Source of the DNA: Eutreptiella sp. 'Long Island Sound 2002'
Lineage: Eukaryota > Protista > Euglenida
Length of the DNA: 64,000 nt
Reading direction: 5' to 3'
Assembly (NCBI GenBank): GCA_964036045.1
Contig: OZ038378.1
Span: 16,554,001 to 16,618,000, forward strand
This document shows positions 56,601-64,000 of the stretch, one piece after another. The notes under the pieces were generated by a model. That model was not told the origin of the DNA. It saw only the letters and a program-made list of their open reading frames with translations, and did not search any database. Every line of letters starts with the position of its first letter. Position 1 is the first letter of the stretch. A program made the translations under genes and the position numbers.

Positions 56601-57888
56601 GTGACATTGTGTTGTGGACATCCACAGAAGTGCCAATGGGCATGCATGTGATCAGCAGCCTCCTCATCAGGCCATATGAGGCCCAGCCAATCACTCTTAC
56701 AATCACACGTCGCATGCTCATTCGTACCACAGTGTAGGCACCACAGCCAACGTGCCGATGGTCGTGCAGTCAGGAAATGCTTGGTCCCCTCACCACCCCT
56801 TTCTTGCGGGCCCTTTGGTATATGCGCCCGGCTGTCATATTTGCGGCAGGCTTTGATCCCATGATCCAGAGACCCACAAAAGACACACTGGCATGACGTT
56901 TGTCTCGCGCCACAGAGCAGTCGTGTGATCACTGCATGGCATGTGGGGAGAGCCCTTGCACGATGAGCAGGATTCTGCTGGCGGGGACCCATGGGAGCCG
57001 CTGTGTGAAGGTTGCGGGCAGCGGTATGCACGATGCCCAGCTTTGTGCAGTGGAAGCCTATGTCCGTTTGCCACGGTACATCACCATCTCCCACCGCACC
57101 GCACGTGACAAGGACGGTGATGAATGTGACGCCAATAAAGACACGTTGCCAAGGAGGGGGAACACATGGTCACGAAACGGGCTAACGGGAGATTGGGATC
57201 AGAATGAAGACGTAATTGTCTCAAGTGCCCAACGACAGACTGGGCTGTCCAGGGCAGTGCACACACAGACGCAGTCGACAGACGCGATAACAAACAAGCA
57301 CCGGTGAGAGCAGCCTGAGTGTTCCATTTCCTCCAAGTCACCCAAAGAGCCAGAAACCGACCGTATGGCAACGAGGCGCCTTTCTGCAAGGGGGACACGG
57401 GAATGCTGGCAGCAGCGCCAGCCCCTCAGGGCTGAGCCCTTCGCGCGCGGTCACGGAGAGGGCAATGCAGTTGGATTGACAGTTCAGCGCATTCAGGGGG
57501 CTCTGCAAATGGAAGAAGATGTTGCATCACCTCGCAAGTGGAGGTGCATTGCAATCCTGTGCCTGAGACCTGAAAACTGTGTGTTCATTCGGTGTTGCAT
57601 GCTGAGATAGGAGACCCTTTGCTTACATCATATTCTCAGCATATTTCATGTTGGCACTTCACCCGGCCGCCTTTGTAACCGCCCCCAACCGCTTTTCTAA
57701 CCGATGCCAGCCGCTGCTCATTTATGACGTCCTTCTTTGTCTGTCCTCAGAGTCCCCCCTCGGCAGTCTCAGTGCACAGCAGGCGAGCCTGCAGCAGCAG
57801 CTGCAGCAAATCATGCGACAGCAGGAGCTTTTGAACCAGCGCAGCGCAGCGCTGGAGCGGCAGCAGGCGGAAAAGTTGCAGTCGAAAC
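49973..57888 (+). CDS. Multi-exon host gene, Ser/Thr/Pro-rich disordered protein with short coiled coils (partial model)
   Basis: Candidate AG/GT-bounded exons: 49973-50032 (DLVRAIQEMEQEIAHLTRPE), 52500-52873, ~53981-54362, 54794-54969, 55664-56317 and 57751-57888 (SLSAQQASLQQQLQQIMRQQELL). Phases do not all join, so exons are missing or some introns are non-canonical. Confidence 0.55.
53521..53690. ncRNA. Two convergent tRNA-like (Pol III A-box/B-box) units, SINE-like
   Basis: Plus strand: GGTCCAGTGGTAA ... GTTCGAACCC then TTTT at 53602. Minus strand: TGGCCGAGCGG (53672-53682) ... GGTTCGAACCCC (53644-53655). Confidence 0.5.
56440..57094 (-). pseudogene. Multi-CCHC zinc-knuckle fragment (gag-like or CNBP/AIR-like), frameshifted
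   Basis: CVFCGSLDHGIKAC, CLHCGTNEHATCDC and HFCGCPQHNVTC lie in one frame. FHC-KAGHRAYRCP and CSSCKGSPH lie across a frameshift. Confidence 0.6.
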
Positions 57889-58949
57889 GTGAGGCTAGTG
57901 ATACCCGTCATTTGAACACATGCCAATTATCATATTCCAACCCCTAGCCCTGCAGCCTGGGCCCCCAGGCCCTGTCCAGGCATAAGGCGTAGAAAGGGGT
58001 GTGACTTTGCATTGAAGGAGCGTTCGTCACCACATTTGAACAATAGACATATCTTTTTTTGTATGATTAGAGGGGCATGTCACCTTTGCCCGCTACGCGC
58101 CAAGAGAAATGAGTCATGCGGGCTGTACATTGGGAAACTGCGCACCGTGTGCACACGGTGCACGCGGTGCACGACGCGGTGCGGCATGCGGTGCATGGTG
58201 CTTGGGTTGGTTTTGCCTGTGGAGATCAACACCCAAAGATTCTTTCTTCTTTCCTCTGTTGCAGTCATCTTTGCTGCAATACTACGCTCAGGGTGTGGAG
58301 TTGTAAGTGAACATCCCTGTTCCTGTGTTCAATCGTCTGCACTGCAGACCTGAACTTTCTTTGATTTTGTTCTTGCAACGTCCAGTCCCAGATCCATGCC
58401 GCGCAAAAAGAACATTGGGAGCGTCCGCACGAGATTACAATTACCTTACGGCCCTTCCCTGGCAGAGGGTGTGGGCGGCAACAACAGCCATCGGTGCGGA
58501 GGTAGATTCGAGGCCTCCGTTGTTGTATGTTGACCCCTGAGGTCACCGCGTCCCTGCCATTGTGAAAGGTTGGCAATTTCTCCAAAAACAGTGGTCAAAT
58601 GCTTGCACGCGTTGCGCACACGTGGTGCACACGGTGCGCATGCTTTTCTTATTGGCAGAAGGAGTATCGGGCCCTGATGCTGCCATCTACTGCGGCCTGG
58701 TGACAACCTGCTGTTTGCTGATCTCTGCCTGGTTGGTGTTACCTGCCACGTCTGCTGCCTACCGAAAGCCTGAGACGTCTCAGTGCTTACTGTTTTTATG
58801 ATATGTCGTCTAAACTCGAGGTTGTCCAAAGTAGAGCAGAGAATTCTGCAGAATCAGTGAGTGCGTGTGTGTGGGCATGGGGGGCACTCTGTTAAGTAGA
58901 AGCCCTGCAGTGATAAGATAACCGCCGTTAAGAATAGACTTGGGGTCAT

Positions 58950-61900
58950 CATTCACAAGTATTTTTTGGGATACTTCGCTGGCTGGCTTTTACGCACCAG
59001 TGGTCTCCATCGTGCTTTTGTGAAAACCCCCAAATTCTTATCAATTGCGAACACAAAATCAAACAGGTTTCCTCGAAAATGGTTCTGTGGTGAAACCCTT
59101 ACAAAAACTCAGACCTCTGTGACCTCGTCCCTTTGAATGTGCACCGTACGGCAATGTCCATTCACTGCAAAAAGCCGACAGCTTCTCGCCCACCCTTCAA
59201 CTAACTTTGGTACTGCTCCTCAACAACAGTTCTGACCATCCTGCTCAACAACCGCCATCGGGTTCTAACCCTACAGCTCCTGAAACTTTGATGCAAACAA
59301 ACGATTTGTTTTACGGACTGCTCAACGAATGGTCACATTCGTACACTTGACCTCCAGAGGTGTGTGTCATTGCAGTCATCAACCGTCTAAAAACGGCTGA
59401 ACGCTGCCCATCTGCCCATCGTCATTCCAGTCGGGGAAGAGTGTCGAAATGCTGACAGTGGTGTTGCTAGGGGGACCCGCTTGACAGAGGCTTGGCTGCG
59501 GCCAAGGCAGCAAATTGGGGCTGCCCAACGTGCATTCAACCCCCCTGCAGTGTTTTTTTTTTCTGACCACCCTCCCTGACCAGGCGTGTCGGAGATCGTG
59601 CGACCTTTTCGGCTATGATCCGTAAAGGCCAAGCAGTCGCCAATTTGGCCTTTTGGCCACCCACGTAACCCCTGGGCTGCCCCACCTTCTTGGTACCTGA
59701 CCCATGGCATGGGGTCATGCATCTTCACCTGCCCCACAGTTACACATGTATACCCTCGTGTGCTCGCGATTTTTTTTTCTGAGACCTGCCGATCACCATC
59801 CCTCCGATCCTCCCTTCGGTGTATTGTCCAGGCCCTCTTCAAGTACAGCATTTCCCCCCCGCCCGGCTGCCATCCTGGTGCATACCGGCCTCCAAAAGAT
59901 CTGAATGGTGCACACCAGGGGGTATTTGGATACACCCTAAAGAGGGCTTTGCAGAACAGCACTGGGAAAATTTAATTTTGATGGCGCATGCATTGGGGCT
60001 CAATGCATTGGAGTTTTGATGCCAGGGATCAGTGGGGTCCTGGGACATGACACTGTGCACCACACCATTTTCTGTATGAATTGTTGCAAAAGTGCATCGT
60101 CTGAGGATGTTGAACGAGCACTTGGCAGTGAGGTTCCGCATTCGATTTTGCACTGGCGTGGTACATGATGAAGGGCTGGGTGAACGCTTACAAAAGAATG
60201 TGGTGTGCCAGGGGACCCTGTTGGAAAATTGGCATTTCCTTACCATGAGCAAGCTGTGCTGTCTTTCTTCACAAGGAAAGAAGCAAGATTGTTTGCATTT
60301 GGTTGCATTTCTTCCCAGCCTTGGTGTCTCTTGCCACCGGACACCAGCCGTACTACACGGTAACCTGCCAGCCTCCATGGAAGCAGCCCCCTTGCCAAGG
60401 CCACGCCACTGGAGCATAGTGGCGGGGCCACACCTGACCTTGGAGGCCCAGGCCATGCCTCATTCCAAGCAACGCTACCTGCACTCATGGTGTGCGTTAC
60501 GCGCTCTTGCCTTGTGCACGTTTGTGTGTGTGCCACGCGTCCCGATTCGCGGGGCAAGGATGACAATGGCAGTCGCCTATTCAATCGATACTACTCAAAC
60601 AAAGCAAAAGAAGTGTCTACAATTTCTGTTGCCGGGATGCCGGGCTGTGTCAATCCGTCCCGATCACGCCGGCCAATCCGGCTTTCCATTACTCACCTGT
60701 GGTACACCCTCAGCTGCCACTTACAAGCCCTTTAACTAGGCTACAGCCGTCACTTTGGCCATGTTCCTGCGGGGTTGTGGGGAAACTGTCGCTGGGAGGG
60801 AGGGTAGGTTGGTGCCATCACTTGTTGCACCACGCACCGCGGTGGTGTCGCGTGTTTTGATCAGATGGTGTTTGCCGTGCGTGATACCCTGACATTGGGA
60901 TCCATATCGCCCCTTGTACACAACGCTGACCAGTCCGTCCCCTGAGGGGGCACACCTGATGCCCGGCGCATGCGGCGCCGCTATTTGGCAACGTCCATGG
61001 GAAAGATGTTGCGTTGTCGTTTGGATTTGTCCTCTCACGCCGGCACCTCCGTGGATGTACTTACGTGAGACCACAAAGGGCCACAATGGGCCAAGAGAGA
61101 TTATGAAGTGGGTGCCAATTTTAATGTGCTTGTGATTGTGCAACGTTTGTGGGAACAAGGGGTAAACAATTTTTGTGGTCAAAGTGTTTGCTCTCCTGAG
61201 GGGCCCTTTTGAGATGGGGTAAAAACCAGGATTTTCTGGGTGCACTTGCCGCAAAAGTAGCACGAGGCGTGTGCGTGGCATGCGTGCGGCACAAGTCCTT
61301 GCCCCTGGGGTGGGGTGTGGTGGGGGTGGGGGGTGACAGTCATCCAGGCATGTGCAGTCGCCTGTGTTCTGGCGGCGTGTTTGTTGTGGAACAGTGCTAC
61401 CTCCAAAAGTTGATTGCATTGGGGACGCTGGTGGAGTGGTGGGGTGCCAGCAGTTTGATTGGGAGCTTTGGAGCAAGTTGGTGGTGGGTGACCGAATCCA
61501 TGCGTTTGGTCGGCCACAGTGTGAAATGTGTGGAGTGCTGGACAAAAAGCCACATGTGCTGTCGGCATGCGAGTGCATTTGTTTGCGGCAGACACAGTGG
61601 TAAAGGCATTGGGGCCTGTGAGAGAGCCCGAGGGGGGGAGGGGAGGGGAGGGGAGGGGAGGGGAGGGGAGGGGTCAGGAGTCTGAATTTAAGATGGTGCA
61701 TTGTTGTTTGAATTCTACGTAAAGATTGCTTGGCAGCTGAAATAATACCGCCGTGAACTTTGCAGGGTTGAGGAATCTTAGTCATAGTACCTGCAGTGCC
61801 AATGAGACAAGACATGGTGTTGACATGACGCTGTGTTCTCTGTAGGTGCGCAACTGATTCGATTGTCACTGCAGAGCCGAAAGGCGCCTATGGTACCACT
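58950..61900 (-). mobile_element. Second, more decayed non-LTR retrotransposon (RT relic; APE and C-terminal nuclease uncertain)
   Basis: In the frame of ORF 59387-59962, FPVLFCKALFRV, APGWQPG, GAAQG and CLAFTDH occur in the order of the RT motifs RPIxL/QxGFxPG/GxxQG/YADD. Confidence 0.45.
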
Positions 61901-63159
61901 GACGAGGATTTTCTTGTGCTGACGTGTGCTTGTTCTCTGTGACCTGCACACCACACGTCTCCGTACCGGGGGGGGGGGGGGGTTGCTCCACAACATCCAA
62001 TCATCATGTATCTGCTCCTCTTGTTAACCACCACACAGGGGCGAACCTCTGGGTGCTGGCGTGGGCATCCTAAACCCGCTTTTGTAGTGAAAAAACGATG
62101 TCAACAATGGTTGAAGTGGCTTGCAACCCCAGAATACGTTGAAGAACCTCCCCTAACAGGCCCAACTCAACAACAAGAACAACAAAACAGGAAGATGTAA
62201 CGAAAGTAGTGAACGCGTAGCAACTTTTGGGGGGCTGTCTTGAGTAGTCTAGCCAAAGTTAGGGAGGGCGACGGATGGGTCCACACAAAGCAGCGCTTAG
62301 AACCTGCCCAGAGCCATCCTGCACAAGCCAAATTATCGAAAGGATGAAGATCAAGAAGGAAGTGGTGACATTCAAGAGCCCTAGCAGAGAGAGCGAAGTT
62401 AATGCTCAATAGAAAGATGTGCAAACGCAGTAACGCAGTCTGCTAGCTCTTGTTTTTGGTTGAGCTGTGGCAGTGTTTAAGCATAATCCTCATCCTAAAA
62501 TTCTGCAATTCCTCGGCCCATTCTTGCCAAATGCCCAATCTCATTTGCATGATATGATGGAGAGGTCCACATTGGACCGCGTAACCGAGTGAATGGCTTG
62601 TGGCATGAGCGTGTTGTGCTTTGACCTTTGCCATGCATTGTGTCTCTTCCTAACTGTCCACGAAGGGTGGTTGGTTGTGGTCGTAATCACTTTTGTTGTG
62701 GCTGAGCACCTAAGGTTGTGCCTCTGACTTGTGGCTTAGCATTGGAAATGAAACTCTTGTGTGCCAGCCTGTTTGGTTGTTGCTGCTACCCGTGTTGCCA
62801 GTTTGCAAGGTTTCAAGGCACTGTTCCACGCTATGCACAAATATGCCTCTTGAAGCAAAAGCCCACTCTTGCAAAAAGAACACATAAGAACCGAATTGGC
62901 TTAGTGTTGCTGGTGCCACAGCTATCCCAAAAAGCCACGCACCTTCGTTGGATGAGCATTGCTGAATTGTCATTGTTGTTGCCTGGGTTGGATCACGACT
63001 GGAGGCAAGATGTCTTGCAGTGTGTTTCATTCAGTGTTGCAAGGAGTCTGTAACCGACAGTAAATTTCTGTAACTGACCTGAAAAAGAACCACCTTTACA
63101 ATTGCTGTTTTTGCGAAGCCGGCCGAATTTCGGGCCATGGTACACTTCCACACCGGTAC

Positions 63160-63432
63160 ATGGCCACAGACTCTATCACAATGTCAGACAACCGGTTTGA
63201 TGATTCTTCGGCCCTCAAAGAGTTTCTCCTATCAAGAGGGGTTGACGAACAGCATGCTGCACAAGCTGCAACTGCCCTTTTTGCAGCAGACTTCAAAACT
63301 AAGAACACCTTGTACAACATCACAGCTGCTGACCTCCGCCCACCTCTGTCTGTTCCACTCAGCAACGCAATTGTGAGCGCATGCCACCAGCAACAAGGTG
63401 CACAACCTTCCCCGTGGCCGGTAGTCGGGTGA
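63160..63432 (+). CDS. Short ORF or first exon encoding a SAM-like helical domain
   Basis: FDDSSALKEFLLSRGVDEQHAAQAATALFAADFKTKNTLYNITAADLRPPLSVPLSNAI resembles the SAM pattern (L...G+......L....+.....L..+T..DL). Possible donor CCG|GTAGTC near 63420. Confidence 0.45.
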   Translation: MATDSITMSDNRFDDSSALKEFLLSRGVDEQHAAQAATALFAADFKTKNTLYNITAADLRPPLSVPLSNAIVSACHQQQGAQPSPWPVVG

Positions 63433-64000
63433 TGAGGTACTGTTTGTGAAGCAAACACCCACTGCAGGTGCGCACGCCACTTTGAGCTGCGCATGGACAC
63501 GTGGGCTTGGGTGTCCATATGGGGTGTACTGCACAAAACAGCAAGATGTCCTTGCTGTATTTGCAGGTGACAGTGTGTTGGCCGAATTTTCGGCCAAGCC
63601 ACAAAATTTGGACTTTTAATAGCCCATATTTTTAGCAAGGGCCACACTTCTGATTGCTTTGTAGAGATTTTATGCAGTTCTTTGTCCAACATCGCGTTGG
63701 AGAGGAACAATGGTCTCTGGCGACCGGGTGGTGGTCACTGTAAAGCACATCGGATCTGCCTGATCTTCTCGTGCCCGTAAAGTGGGTACAGTACGCAGCA
63801 TCAACGTGAGTCAACCAGAGCGATCCGACTGCATGCTACATAGGCGCCTAAGAGCCGCACGTACACCCACATGCCTGCGCCGGCGCTGCAAGCGGCAGGC
63901 ACTCATTAGGCCACGTTGATGCTCTGGCTACGACACATCCTGCCACATAGATACATGCAATGCCCTCTACATAACCCAAAAAACCGCAGAGGGGAGGGCG

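Noticed and set aside
60736-61869. 377-aa ORF as an intact gene
   Set aside because: It passes through a (GGGGA)n simple repeat and composition shifts. More likely a chance open frame in a decayed LINE.

Overview
Eukaryotic nuclear DNA dense in transposable elements. It is probably from a euglenoid (inference from a 16-nt match to the Euglena-type spliced leader, GT-AG exons in long introns and abundant CA/GTA microsatellites). No prokaryotic operon, rRNA or CRISPR array is supported. Main contents, left to right: (i) two divergent decayed copies of an unassigned DDE-like transposase sharing a WIDN.Y.K...P...S.N.TA motif (2-4 kb, 12-12.7 kb). (ii) A frameshifted CMC/EnSpm(CACTA)-like transposase bracketed by ~22-bp-period arrays of the palindrome GTTGGCGCGCGCCAAC (6.4-8.85 kb); the same array recurs at 14.2 kb. 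(iii) A compact, apparently intron-free minus-strand gene cluster at ~13.3-20.5 kb (coiled-coil ORF, C-terminal PIP-box ORF, unknown ORF, tandem GRF zinc-finger ORF, F-box-like ORF), which looks like cargo of a large mobile element or an endogenised virus. (iv) Nested retroelement debris: gag-like ORFs, two chromovirus integrase/chromodomain tails, an APE-RT-RNase H non-LTR relic and a second RT relic. (v) A young composite element with ~960-bp near-identical direct repeats around one ORF (34.95-38.16 kb). (vi) Exons of a plus-strand Ser/Thr/Pro-rich host gene (~50-58 kb) whose introns hold a convergent tRNA-like pair and a multi-CCHC fragment. All family assignments come from motifs recognised by eye, not from database searches.
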